This document shows positions 21,772-31,133 of a stretch of DNA of 64,000 nt, in pieces. The stretch covers positions 1,536,001-1,600,000 of the forward strand of contig CAVVPN010000003.1 in the NCBI GenBank assembly GCA_963750165.1. Reading direction: 5' to 3'. The notes below the pieces were generated by a model. It was given only the letters and a program-made list of their open reading frames with translations. It did not search any database and was not told where the DNA came from. The stretch comes from an uncultured Gemmataceae bacterium (GTDB lineage Bacteria > Planctomycetota > Planctomycetia > Gemmatales > Gemmataceae). The position numbers were made by a program, and so were the translations under genes. Position 1 is the first letter of the stretch. Each line of letters begins with the position of its first letter.

Positions 21772-24699
21772 ATGCGTCCGTTCGTCGCGCTGCTCGCCGT
21801 GCTGTCCGCCGCCGCGCCGCTGACCGCTCAGCAGCTGCCGGGCACCAAACCGCTCACCGCCAAGGGCGACCTCGCCGCGGAAATGGTCGCCGGCATTGAC
21901 CGCGACCTTGACAGGCGCCTCACCGCCGCGGTCAAGGAGCGTGAGCAGTTGTGGAAGCTGGATTCTTCCTCGAAGGAGGCGTATGAGAAGTCGCTGCAGC
22001 CGCACCGCGAACGGCTGAAGAAGCTCATCGGCGTGGTGGACGCGCGTGTCAACCCGGTGACGCTGGAGCTGGTCGCCACCACCGACCAGCCGGCGCTAGT
22101 GGCGGAGAAATACAACATTCAGGTGTTTCAGGTGCGCTGGCCGGTGTTGCCGGGCCTGGAGGGCGAGGGGCTGTTGCTGCGGTCGAAGAACCAGGAGCCG
22201 ATCGCCTGCGTGGTGGTCCTGCCCGACGCGGACCAGACACCGGAGATGTACGCCGGCCTGGCGCCGGGGCTGGCGCTCGACGGACAGATCGCCCGCCAAC
22301 TGGCCCTCGACGGCTGCCTGGTGCTGGTGCCGACGTTGATCGACCGCAAGGACACCTGGTCCGGCAACCCGGCCGTGGGTCGCAAGACCAACCAGCCGCA
22401 CCGCGAGTTTATTTACCGCATGGCCTTCGAGATGGGCCGCCACGTCATCGGCTACGAGGTGCAGAAGGTGCTCGCCGCGGTCGATTATTTTAGCCGCGCG
22501 AAGAAGCACCCGCCCATCGGCGTTTACGGTCATGGCGAAGGGGGCCTGATCGCCCTGTACAGCGCCGCCCTCGACCCGCGGATCAAGGCGGCAGCGGTGA
22601 GCGGTTATTTCGACCGCCGCGAGCGGTTGCACACCGAGCCGATTTACCGCAACGTCTGGGGTCTGCTGCGCGAGTTCGGCGACGCGGAGTTGGCGCGAAT
22701 GGTCATGCCGCGTGGCCTGCACATCACCTGCAGCAAGGGGCCGGAAGTGCAGGGGCCGCCGCCGGCCGGCCCGGGTCGCTCCGGCGCCGCCCCGGGCAAG
22801 CTGGTTTCGCCGACCCCCGAGGCCGTGAAGGCGGAGTTGCGCCGGTACGAGAAGACACCGTTTTTCAAGGTGACGGTTTCGGTCCCCAAGGACGGGCAAC
22901 CGGCCGACTGGATGACTTACGCCACGCTGCTGGAGAACCTGCTCCAGCCAAAAAATAAGGTGTTCACGCTCGTGGACATGAAGCAGTGGAGCGAGTCGCG
23001 CAAGGGCTTCGACCCCGCGGCGCGCCAGAAACGCCAGTTCGATCAGCTCGTCACCTTCACGCAAAACCTGCTCCCCGTCGGCGAAGTCAAGCGCCAGCAG
23101 TTGTTCGCGAAGGCCGATTTCTCGACGCCGGCAAAATACAACACCTCCGTGCAGCAGCAGCGCGATTACCTGTGGGACGAGATCATCGGCAAGCTGCCGC
23201 CGTCCGACAAGCCCATGAACGTCCGCACGCGGCTGGTCTACGACGAGCCGAAGTGGAAGGGCTACGAGGTCGTGCTCGACCTGTACGACGACGTGTTTTG
23301 CTACGGCATTCTGCTGGTGCCGAACGACCTCAAGCCCGGCGAGAAGCGGCCGGTGGTCGTGTGTCAGCACGGCCTGGAGGGCCGGCCGACGAACATCTGC
23401 AACCCCAGGGCGAAGACGAAATACTATAACTCGTTCGGCGCCCGGCTGGCGGATCGCGGTTATGTGGTGTTCGCGCCGCAGAACCCGTACATCGGCGGCA
23501 ACCGGTTCCGCGAACTGGACCGCAAGGCCAACCCGCTCAAGCTGTCGCTGTACGCCTACATCGTCCGCCAGCACGAGCGCATCCTCGACTGGCTGGAAAC
23601 GCTGCCGTTCGTGGATCGGCGGCGCATCGCGTTTTACGGCCTGTCCTACGGCGGCAAGGTGGCCATGCGCATCCCCGCCTTGCTGGAGCGCTATTGTTTG
23701 TCGATCTGTTCGGGCGACTTCAACGACTGGGTGTGGAAGTGCATCACGATGCTGTTCATGTCGAGTTATATGTTCACTGGCGAATACGAGATGTACGAGT
23801 TCGACCTGGGCAACACCTTCAACTACGCGGAAATGGCGGCGTTGATCGCGCCGCGGCCATTCATGGTCGAGCGCGGCCATCATGACGGCGTTGGCATCGA
23901 CGAGCGCGTGGCGTATGAATACGCGAAGGTGCGGCGGCACTACGCCCGACTGAAGCTGCCGGAGCGCACCGCCATCGAGTTCTTCGACGGCGGCCATGAA
24001 ATCCGCGGCCAGGGCACGTTCGCGTTCCTGGATCGGCACCTGAACTGGACGCCGCCGGCGCCGAAACAGCCCGTCAAACAGGGGAAGGCCATGAGTGACG
24101 ATGCGCGGTTTGACAACTTGAATTGGCAGGAACGTTACCTGACCGGCGACCTGCCGTGGGACACCAATCGCCCGTCGGCGGAACTGCAGCGTGTGCTGCG
24201 CGAGGAGCAGGTGCGGCCGTGCCGTGCCGTCGAACTGGGCTGCGGCACCGGCACCAACAGCGTCTGGCTGGCGCAGCAGGGCTTCGACATGGTGAGTATC
24301 GACCTGGCGCCCGCGGCCATTGAGGCGGCCCGAAAGCGGGCGGACGCCGCGGGGGTGCGTGTCGATTTCCGCGTGGCCGACGTGCTGACCGTCGCTGACC
24401 TGCCGGGGCCGTTCGCGTTCTTCTTCGACCGCGGCTGCTACCACGCGGTACGGCGCCTCGACGCGGCGGGCTACGTGCGGCAACTGGACCGCATCACGGC
24501 TCCGGATGCGGTCGGCCTGGTGCTGACGGGCAACGCCAACGAGAAGCACGATCAGGGACCGCCGGTGGTCAGCGAGGAGGAGATTCGCCGCGAACTGGGC
24601 GAGCGGTTCACCATTGAGCGGCTGCGCGAATTTCGCTTCGACACCAACGCGGGTGATCCGCCGTTCCTGGGCTGGTCGTGCTGGCTGCGGAAAAAATGA
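21772..24699 (+). CDS. exported double alpha/beta-hydrolase (dienelactone-hydrolase-like) read through into a class I SAM methyltransferase
   Basis: GHGEGG and GLSYGG nucleophile-elbow motifs, HGLEG, GGHEI; from 24091 W.ERY..GDLPWD, ELGCGTG, FFDRGCYH. Confidence 0.8.
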   Translation: MRPFVALLAVLSAAAPLTAQQLPGTKPLTAKGDLAAEMVAGIDRDLDRRLTAAVKEREQLWKLDSSSKEAYEKSLQPHRERLKKLIGVVDARVNPVTLELVATTDQPALVAEKYNIQVFQVRWPVLPGLEGEGLLLRSKNQEPIACVVVLPDADQTPEMYAGLAPGLALDGQIARQLALDGCLVLVPTLIDRKDTWSGNPAVGRKTNQPHREFIYRMAFEMGRHVIGYEVQKVLAAVDYFSRAKKHPPIGVYGHGEGGLIALYSAALDPRIKAAAVSGYFDRRERLHTEPIYRNVWGLLREFGDAELARMVMPRGLHITCSKGPEVQGPPPAGPGRSGAAPGKLVSPTPEAVKAELRRYEKTPFFKVTVSVPKDGQPADWMTYATLLENLLQPKNKVFTLVDMKQWSESRKGFDPAARQKRQFDQLVTFTQNLLPVGEVKRQQLFAKADFSTPAKYNTSVQQQRDYLWDEIIGKLPPSDKPMNVRTRLVYDEPKWKGYEVVLDLYDDVFCYGILLVPNDLKPGEKRPVVVCQHGLEGRPTNICNPRAKTKYYNSFGARLADRGYVVFAPQNPYIGGNRFRELDRKANPLKLSLYAYIVRQHERILDWLETLPFVDRRRIAFYGLSYGGKVAMRIPALLERYCLSICSGDFNDWVWKCITMLFMSSYMFTGEYEMYEFDLGNTFNYAEMAALIAPRPFMVERGHHDGVGIDERVAYEYAKVRRHYARLKLPERTAIEFFDGGHEIRGQGTFAFLDRHLNWTPPAPKQPVKQGKAMSDDARFDNLNWQERYLTGDLPWDTNRPSAELQRVLREEQVRPCRAVELGCGTGTNSVWLAQQGFDMVSIDLAPAAIEAARKRADAAGVRVDFRVADVLTVADLPGPFAFFFDRGCYHAVRRLDAAGYVRQLDRITAPDAVGLVLTGNANEKHDQGPPVVSEEEIRRELGERFTIERLREFRFDTNAGDPPFLGWSCWLRKK

Positions 24700-24774
24700 G
24701 CCACAGAGGACACAGAGAGGAGCGGGCGTTCCTCTTCGCTTTTCCTCTCGGTGTTCTCTGTGTCCTCTGTGGCT
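24699..24774. repeat. AGCCACAGAGGACACAGAG palindrome
   Basis: agccacagaggacacagaga ... tctctgtgtcctctgtggct between convergent genes. Confidence 0.8.
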
Positions 24775-24791
24775 AATCTCTTCAGCTTTCC

Positions 24792-25235
24792 TCACGCCGT
24801 CTCGCGGGCCGGCTGCAGGGCGCGGCCGAGCGGGTCGTAGAACGCCTCGTGCAGCAGGAACACGTCGCTCACGTCCACGCCGAGGATGGACAGCTGGCGG
24901 CGCAACTGCTGGAAGGCGTGCGCCCCCAGTCGCCGGCCGAGCAGGCCGCGCAGATGCTCGGGACACAGGTCCATTTCCACAGCCCGGCCGAGCTGCAACG
25001 GGAAGGTGGCGAAACGCACGGTGCCGACGCAGTTGCAGATGATGCAGCGGCGCTTTTCGGTGCGCTCGATCAGCGGCGCGGCCATGCCGAGGGCCAGCAA
25101 CTCCTGACAGTTTGGACAGTACGGCTTGCCGACGATGCGGTCCCAGGGCCCGGTCGATTCGGCGCAACGGCTACAATCCGCCTCCTGGGCGAACGCTTCC
25201 GGCGGCGCCATCCGAATGCTGTCCATGAGTCCCAT
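24792..25235 (-). CDS. Cys-rich putative zinc-binding protein
   Basis: CSRC, CPNC, CIICNC and CPEH motifs; C-terminal LHEAFYD. Start may be 25226. Confidence 0.65.
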   Translation of the reverse strand: MGLMDSIRMAPPEAFAQEADCSRCAESTGPWDRIVGKPYCPNCQELLALGMAAPLIERTEKRRCIICNCVGTVRFATFPLQLGRAVEMDLCPEHLRGLLGRRLGAHAFQQLRRQLSILGVDVSDVFLLHEAFYDPLGRALQPARETA

Positions 25236-25372
25236 CCCGCGGTTGTGTGTCCCGGTCGCGGCCGCCCGCCGCGGGCGGCATGCTGTCTTCAGACATGATC
25301 GGTTCGCGGCATGAGAATCTTGAGCGGTGATCCGTTGTCCGTGGTCCGTGGCAACTGACGACGGACCACTGC

Positions 25373-26332
25373 TCAGCGCGGCAGCCGCGCCCACTTCTGC
25401 CAGTTGGCGTTGAGCGCGTCCACCAGTTGTGGGGAATTCCAGCCGGCGGCGGCCAGCGCCATGTCGGTCGTCGGCGATTCGACGTTCTCCCGCGGTTGGA
25501 AGCCCAGCACGAACGGCACGAACCGCGTCGTGCGGCCGCTGTACGCCAGGTACTCGATCACGCTGGCCCGCAGCACCGTCGCCTCGTCGGCCAGCAGGTC
25601 GCTGCCGCTCACGTCGCGCACGGTGCGCTTCTTCTGCGCGAGCAGCGCCAGCACTCGCTTGTGCTCGGCGGCGCGCTGCGCCGGCGTCGCGGTCTGCAAC
25701 GTGGTGGCCCGACCGAAGCCGGTCTGCACCCACTCCGGCAGCGTGGCGGTGCCGACCTTGTACGTCAGCGCCGCCGCGGCCATCTGCTCGCCGGCCTGAC
25801 CGTCCACGCTCGGGTCCAGCGCCTCCTCGCCCGGCCCCGCCGCCGCGTGCGGGGTCTCGTTCTTGAGCACGTCGAAGGTGCCCAGTTCGCCCTCCTCCAG
25901 GCGCCGCTTCTCGACGCCGCGCACGAACGTGTTGTAATGGCCCCGCTCTGCGAACAGGTACACCGCCAGCTTGCCCGCCCAGGGATCCTCGCGTTCGAGA
26001 CGCAGCGCCTTGCGGACGTGCTCCAGCTGCTTCTCCAGCGTGGCGCCAACCTCCTTGAGGCTCTTGTTGGGCACGCTGCCGAGCAACAGGAAGTTGGCCG
26101 TTTCGTGGATGTCGGCTTCCTTTTTGTACAGGCGCTTCCAGTTCTGCCGGGCGGTCTCGATCTGCCGCTTCACCAGGGCGCCGCGCGCCACGCCGCGGAC
26201 GCTGCCCTCGATGACCAGTTCGGCAAGCGACGGGATGGGGGCCGGTTTGCCGCCCTGGGCCGCGGCCGCCGGCACCAGGGTCGTGAGGAGCACCAGTGAG
26301 GCCAGGCAACATAGCACGGTGGACGCGCGCAT
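25373..26332 (-). CDS. exported protein with degenerate gluzincin-like region
   Basis: AGGAG RBS, signal peptide; HETANFLL, GKLAVYLF, LPEWVQTGFG. Confidence 0.7.
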   Translation of the reverse strand: MRASTVLCCLASLVLLTTLVPAAAAQGGKPAPIPSLAELVIEGSVRGVARGALVKRQIETARQNWKRLYKKEADIHETANFLLLGSVPNKSLKEVGATLEKQLEHVRKALRLEREDPWAGKLAVYLFAERGHYNTFVRGVEKRRLEEGELGTFDVLKNETPHAAAGPGEEALDPSVDGQAGEQMAAAALTYKVGTATLPEWVQTGFGRATTLQTATPAQRAAEHKRVLALLAQKKRTVRDVSGSDLLADEATVLRASVIEYLAYSGRTTRFVPFVLGFQPRENVESPTTDMALAAAGWNSPQLVDALNANWQKWARLPR

Positions 26333-26502
26333 AACGGGTTCTCCTTGCTCGGTGGGCGAACGCCGCAATTATAGCGGACGCGGCGGGGCCGTGCCGTGGA
26401 GAAAATGTCGTCTTGTGCGGCGGCGGGCGCTTGGGCCATAGTAACGGGAACGTCAGGACGGCGGCCGCGGTTGCCGCCATACTCTTTTCCCGGAGGTTTC
26501 GC

Positions 26503-27051
26503 ATGTTGCGACAGACGGCGGACAACCGAGGCGGGCGGCTGGCGCTGGCGCTGCTGGGATTGGGCGCGCTTTCGGCGGCGGCGCTGGCGGGCGACCTGGC
26601 GCCGACGCAGGGCGGCAAGGGCGCCAGGACCGAAACGAAGGTGACGGCCAGAGCCGAGAAGCCGGGGGCCGACGGCAAGCAAAAAGTGGTCGTGGTGCTG
26701 GAGATCAACGCCGGCTGGCACGCCTACGCCAACCCGGTCGGCAATGAAGGCATCGCTCAGGCCAAAACGGTCGTCACGGTCACCGCCGGGGCCAAGCCCC
26801 AGAGTGTGAAGGTGGAATACCCCGTCGGCAAGCTCAAAAAGGACAAACTCGTGGGGGATTACCGTTATTACGATGGCAAGGTGGAGATTCCGGTGACGGT
26901 GCAGCGCGCCAAGGGCGACACCAGTCCCCTTGAGGTGTCCGTCAAGTACTCGACCTGCAATTTCAAAACCGAGCAATGCCTGCCGGTCGAACAGGTCAAG
27001 GGACAGTGCCCGCCCGCCGAAACGGTCTTGCTCAAGCCGAGCAAATCGTGA
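26503..27051 (+). CDS. DsbD N-terminal domain protein
   Basis: GGAGG RBS, signal peptide; GWHAYANP, VEYP.G, Y.GKVEIPV, C-x5-C near the C-terminus. Confidence 0.8.
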   Translation: MLRQTADNRGGRLALALLGLGALSAAALAGDLAPTQGGKGARTETKVTARAEKPGADGKQKVVVVLEINAGWHAYANPVGNEGIAQAKTVVTVTAGAKPQSVKVEYPVGKLKKDKLVGDYRYYDGKVEIPVTVQRAKGDTSPLEVSVKYSTCNFKTEQCLPVEQVKGQCPPAETVLLKPSKS

Positions 27052-27075
27052 GCACCGGGGACTGGCACCCTGCTA

Positions 27076-27120
27076 ACCCCGTTTACGTTTCGCGCTCAGT
27101 GCGCGAAACGTAAACGGGGT
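27076..27120. repeat. CCCGTTTACGTTTCGCGC palindrome
   Basis: accccgtttacgtttcgcgc-tcagt-gcgcgaaacgtaaacggggt. Confidence 0.85.
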
Positions 27121-27148
27121 AGTTTGGTCAGCAAGTTTTGAGGGTTGT

Positions 27149-27262
27149 GGGTAGGGAATCTGCGCATCCCCTGGGGCAATCAAGGGGGTCTGTGAAATGA
27201 AACGAAACCATCCCTGGCACCTGTCCTCATTATACCGCCCAGCCCGCTCCCGGGGAACGGCC
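27149..27262 (-). ncRNA. duplicated promoter + conserved non-coding core, copy A
   Basis: Reverse complement aligns with 40925-41043; TTCCCC-17-TATAAT followed by the core TCGTTTCATTTCACAGACCCCCT. Confidence 0.45.
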
Positions 27263-27426
27263 CTGCGTCACCGACCCGGGCCCTGACCTCCAGGAGATCA
27301 CGGCCGCGCCGGGCCGCCGTTGGTAAAATGGTCGGCGATGAATCAACCGACCCTCGGCAAACGTCCACGGAATAGACGGGGCCGGCCGATTGTGGCCGCC
27401 CCAGCCATTTTCAGGAGGATCGCAGC

Positions 27427-27930
27427 ATGCGACAGATAAGCAAGTACCTCGGCCGGGCGGCGCTGGCGCTGGTGGCGCTGGCGGCGGTCGCGACCGCCGC
27501 GACCGCCGCGCTGACCACGGCGGAGGCGGGCGGCAAGAAGACCAAGTCCGAGGCCAAGCTAAGCGTCAAGGCGGACAAGCCCAGCCCGGACGGCAAGCAG
27601 AAAATCGTGGTGACGATGGAGGTGAACCCCGGCTGGTACGCTTACGCCAACCCGGTCGGCCTGGAGGACTTCAAGAACAACGCCACGGTCATCAAGGTCA
27701 TCGGCAACGCCAAGGTCCAGAACGTCGCGATCACGTATCCGCCGGGCAAGCTCAAGAAGGACGCCATCGTCGGCGACTACCACATTTACGAGGGCAAGGT
27801 CGAAATCCCGATGACGCTGCAGCGCGTCAAGGGCGACACCGGTTCGCTGGAGCTGTCGGTGCGCTTCATGACGTGCAACGTCAAGGGCCTGTGCCTGGCG
27901 CCCGAAACCGTCAAGCTCACCGTGCCGTGA
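27427..27930 (+). CDS. DsbD N-terminal domain protein (tandem paralog)
   Basis: AGGAGG RBS; GWYAYANP, TYPPG, YEGKVEIP, C-x5-C; clearly similar to 26503-27051. Confidence 0.82.
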   Translation: MRQISKYLGRAALALVALAAVATAATAALTTAEAGGKKTKSEAKLSVKADKPSPDGKQKIVVTMEVNPGWYAYANPVGLEDFKNNATVIKVIGNAKVQNVAITYPPGKLKKDAIVGDYHIYEGKVEIPMTLQRVKGDTGSLELSVRFMTCNVKGLCLAPETVKLTVP

Positions 27931-27952
27931 GTGGGTGACGCCTCACCGTTCT

Positions 27953-28020
27953 TTCTGCCGCTTGCGGCTTGGCGGGGAGCGCCATCGATAGCGCTCCCCG
28001 CCAAGCCGCAAGCGGCAGAA
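27953..28020. repeat. 30-bp-arm REP palindrome
   Basis: ttctgccgcttgcggcttggcggggagcgc / gcgctccccgccaagccgcaagcggcagaa. Confidence 0.85.
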
Positions 28021-28050
28021 TCCATCTCCACCACCCACCGAGGAACCCCC

Positions 28051-30030
28051 ATGACCGGATCGCCGCGCCGCCTGTCCCTGGCAGGCCTGGCCTTGTTGAC
28101 GCTGTGCCTGACCTGGCTGGCCCCCGCGGGCGACGGCCTGGCCGATCCCGCGCAGGACAAGCCCGGCCCGAAGCCGAAATTCACCAACCGCCTCGCGAAA
28201 GAAACCAGCCCCTACCTGCTCATGCACGCCCACAACCCGGTGGACTGGTATCCCTGGGGCGAGGAGGCGTTCGCCAAGGCGAAGAAGGAGGGCAAGCTCG
28301 TCTTCCTGTCGGTGGGCTACAGCTCCTGTTACTGGTGCCACGTCATGGAGCGCGAGTCGTTCCAGAACGAGGCGGTGGCGGCGCTGCTCAACAAGCATTT
28401 CGTGTGCATCAAGGTCGATCGCGAGGAGCGGCCGGACGTCGATCACATTTACATGACGGCCCTGAACCTCATCCAGAAAGGCCGCGGCGGCTGGCCGATG
28501 TCGATGTTCCTGCTGCCCGACGGCAAGCCGTTCTTCGGCGGCACCTACTGGCCGCGCGAAGACCAGAAGGTCGATGGCGAGGAGTACAGCGGCTTCAAAA
28601 GCATCGTCAAGATCGTCCACGAGGTGTACACGGACCAGAAGGAAAAAGTGCTCAAGCAAGCGGACACCGTTGCTCAGCGCACGGCGGAGGCACTGGAGGG
28701 GCCGCCCGGTGTGGCGCTGGTCGCCCTGGACCGCAAGCTGATCGAGCCCGCCATCGACACGCTGAAGGAAAGTTTCGACGACGTACACGGTGGCTTCGGT
28801 GCGCAGAAGGGGTCGCGATTCCCAACGCCGAGCCGGCTGGATCTGGTGCTGCGCGAAGCCGTCCGCACCAAATCGAATAAGCTGCTCGGCATGGTGACGC
28901 TGACGCTGGACAAGATGGCGCAGGGCGGCATGTACGACCAGCTCGGCGGCGGCTTCCACCGTTACAGCACCGAGCGCACCTGGACCGTCCCGCACTTCGA
29001 GAAGATGCTGTACGACAACAGCCAACTGGTCGAGGTGTACGCCCTGGCGTACCGCCACACGAAAAGTCCGCTCTACCGCCGTGTCGTCGCCGAGACGCTG
29101 GCGTATGTGCAGCGCGAGATGATGTCGGCGGAGTTCGGCATTTACTCGTCGCAGGACGCGGAAACGCACCATGAGGAGGGCCGCTCCTACGTGTGGACCG
29201 ACAAGGAACTGGACGCGGCACTGCCGGACAAGCTGGACAATCAATTCGCCCGCAAATACTTCGGGGCGGATGGCAAACCGAACTTCGAGGAAAAGTATCA
29301 CATTCTGACGCAGCGGCGGCCGCTGGCGGAGGTGGCGAAGGAGCTGAAGCTGGCGCCGGCCGAGGCGGAAAAGCGGTTGACGGCCGTGAAGGGCAAGCTG
29401 TTCGCGGAGCGTTCGAAGCGCGACCAGCCGTTCCTGAACAAGATCATGCTGACGGGCTGGAGCGGTCTGATGATCGGCGGCTTCGCGGAGGCGGCCCAAT
29501 CGCTGAAGGAGCCGAAGTACGCGGCGGTGGCGGCGAAGGCGGCGGACTTCGTGCTGAAGCACCAGCGCACCGCCGACGGCCGGCTGCTGCGAACCTACGG
29601 GGCGGCGCCGGGCAAGAAGCCGAAGGCGGCAGGGCCGGCATACCTGGAGGATTATGCGTACCTGGTCCACGGCCTACTGAACCTGCACGACGCGACCGGC
29701 GAGCAGCGCTGGTTGACGGAGGCGCAGAAGCTGACGGACGTGATGATGAAGCACCACGGCGACGCGAAGCGCGGCGGCTATTACTTCACGGCGAACGACC
29801 ACGAGAAGCTGTTCGCGCGGCACAAGGACCAGTACGACGGGGCGACGCCGAGCGGCAACAGCGTGGCGGTGCGCAACCTGGTGCGGCTGTGGGTGAAGAC
29901 GGGCGAGCAGCGGTATCGGGATGAGGCGGAGAGGGATTTCCAGGCGTTCGCGCTGGAGATGCGGCAGCACCCCACCGGCCTGACCGCCATGCTGCAGGCG
30001 CTGGAACTGTACATCGAAACCAAGAAATAA
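28051..30030 (+). CDS. YyaL/SSP411 (DUF255) thioredoxin-domain protein with signal peptide
   Basis: [65 protein letters not shown]. Confidence 0.92.
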   Translation: MTGSPRRLSLAGLALLTLCLTWLAPAGDGLADPAQDKPGPKPKFTNRLAKETSPYLLMHAHNPVDWYPWGEEAFAKAKKEGKLVFLSVGYSSCYWCHVMERESFQNEAVAALLNKHFVCIKVDREERPDVDHIYMTALNLIQKGRGGWPMSMFLLPDGKPFFGGTYWPREDQKVDGEEYSGFKSIVKIVHEVYTDQKEKVLKQADTVAQRTAEALEGPPGVALVALDRKLIEPAIDTLKESFDDVHGGFGAQKGSRFPTPSRLDLVLREAVRTKSNKLLGMVTLTLDKMAQGGMYDQLGGGFHRYSTERTWTVPHFEKMLYDNSQLVEVYALAYRHTKSPLYRRVVAETLAYVQREMMSAEFGIYSSQDAETHHEEGRSYVWTDKELDAALPDKLDNQFARKYFGADGKPNFEEKYHILTQRRPLAEVAKELKLAPAEAEKRLTAVKGKLFAERSKRDQPFLNKIMLTGWSGLMIGGFAEAAQSLKEPKYAAVAAKAADFVLKHQRTADGRLLRTYGAAPGKKPKAAGPAYLEDYAYLVHGLLNLHDATGEQRWLTEAQKLTDVMMKHHGDAKRGGYYFTANDHEKLFARHKDQYDGATPSGNSVAVRNLVRLWVKTGEQRYRDEAERDFQAFALEMRQHPTGLTAMLQALELYIETKK

Positions 30031-30073
30031 TTTCACCACGGAGCACGCTCTCCGCGTGCTCCGTGGTGAAATT
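30029..30073. terminator. palindrome between convergent genes (possible bidirectional terminator)
   Basis: aatttcaccacggagcacgc-tctcc-gcgtgctccgtggtgaaatt. Confidence 0.6.
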
Positions 30074-30531
30074 TATTTTTCCAGCTCCGGATTCAGCTTC
30101 AAGAACTCCTCCGCCCAGCGGTAGTGGTCGAGCAACCCCTCCGTGGACCGGCCGAGCAGGTGGTACGCCACCACCAGCGCCTCGACCGACGCCAGGCCGT
30201 TGTCGGGGTCGGTGCCGAGCTTCGACACCCGCGGGTAGGCCGTGCGCCAGCCGTGCAGCGACCGCGGCGGCACGTCCACGAAGTCGCGCGTCATGGCGGA
30301 CGCCCAGCGCCAGCTGCCGTCCAGCAACAGCAGTCCGCAGGCGGCGTCCGCGTCAGACAGCGGCGGCCCGTCCGCGGCCAGGCGCACGTAGCCGTCCAGC
30401 GGCGGCCGCTGCCGAACCGGGTACGGCACCAACTCCACATCCGGGCGGCCTCGGAGCGGCAGGACGGTACACTTCTTCGGGTTCTCCTTGCGGTGCCGGA
30501 CGATCAGCGTGCGCGGGTAGATGGTGTCCAT
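30073..30531 (-). CDS. Tsr3/DTW-like aminocarboxypropyltransferase homolog
   Basis: HRKENPKKCT, LLLLDGSWRWA, RSL..WRTAYPR, LASVEAL, LLDHYRWAEEFL.LN. Confidence 0.7.
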   Translation of the reverse strand: MDTIYPRTLIVRHRKENPKKCTVLPLRGRPDVELVPYPVRQRPPLDGYVRLAADGPPLSDADAACGLLLLDGSWRWASAMTRDFVDVPPRSLHGWRTAYPRVSKLGTDPDNGLASVEALVVAYHLLGRSTEGLLDHYRWAEEFLKLNPELEK

Positions 30532-30644
30532 GCGGGTATTGTAACTGCTGTGCCGGCACCGGGCAGGTTGCTCGGCGGCCGTTCCGCTCCTACCATTTGA
30601 GTAGAGGCCAAGACGTTCGCCCCTGAAATCGGAGGGTTCGGGTC

Positions 30645-30884
30645 ATGAATGTGGAACTCAAATACTGCTCGATGTGAAACTACGAGCCACAAGCCCTCAG
30701 TCTGACGGGCAAGCTGCTGACGACGTACAAGCAGAAGATCAAGGACCTCAAATTGGTCCCCACCGGCGGCGGCGCCTTCGAGTTGAGCCTCGACGGCGAG
30801 TTGGTGTACTCCAAGCTCAAGACCGGTAAGTTCCCGGACGAGAAGGCCATGCTCGACGTGGTCGGTGAACGACTGAACAAGTGA
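30645..30884 (+). CDS. Rdx (SelT/SelW/SelH) family selenoprotein, 79 aa, Sec at codon 11
   Basis: GGAGG RBS; MNVELKYCSM-U(TGA 30675)-NYEPQALSL...LVPTGGGAFELSLDGELVYSKLKTGKFPDE; CxxU plus the tGxFEv motif; SECIS-like hairpin downstream of the TGA. Confidence 0.88.
30693..30710 (+). promoter_or_regulatory. candidate bacterial SECIS hairpin
   Basis: GCCC-TCA-GTC-TGA-C-GGGC; the apical loop starts with G about 22 nt after the UGA. Confidence 0.55.
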
Positions 30885-30896
30885 GAATGACCTTAT

Positions 30897-30940
30897 GCGT
30901 GTCCGGGGCCGTCGCACGGCGGTCCCGGACACGCGCTTTT
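30897..30940 (+). terminator. intrinsic terminator after the Rdx gene
   Basis: gcgtgtccggggccg...cggtcccggacacgc followed by gctttt. Confidence 0.65.
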
Positions 30941-30957
30941 GCAGGGGTCGCCGTGTT

Positions 30958-31133
30958 GTGCGCTACTTCGGCAACAGCCTGGAGCTGCTCAAGAACCACC
31001 CGCGCATCATCCCGGAGGTGTACCCGCTGGCGCACCTGGCGATGGCGCACTACTGGTCATTTACAAGAACCTGGCGGTGGGCATCGGCGAGAAGCTGAAG
31101 CGGCTGGATCGGTCGCTGGTCAGCCAGGGGTGA
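30958..31133 (+). pseudogene. gene remnant(s)
   Basis: Coding-biased VRYFGNSLELLKNHPRIIPEVYPLAHLAMAHY switches frame to VIYKNLAVGIGEKLKRLDRSLVSQG*; no complete gene. Confidence 0.4.

Noticed and set aside
22096..25167. 1023-aa minus-strand ORF
   Set aside because: Antisense shadow of the hydrolase gene; no motifs, and expected in high-GC DNA.
30680..30880. 66-aa minus-strand ORF
   Set aside because: Antisense to the Rdx selenoprotein frame, which has the RBS, motifs and terminator.
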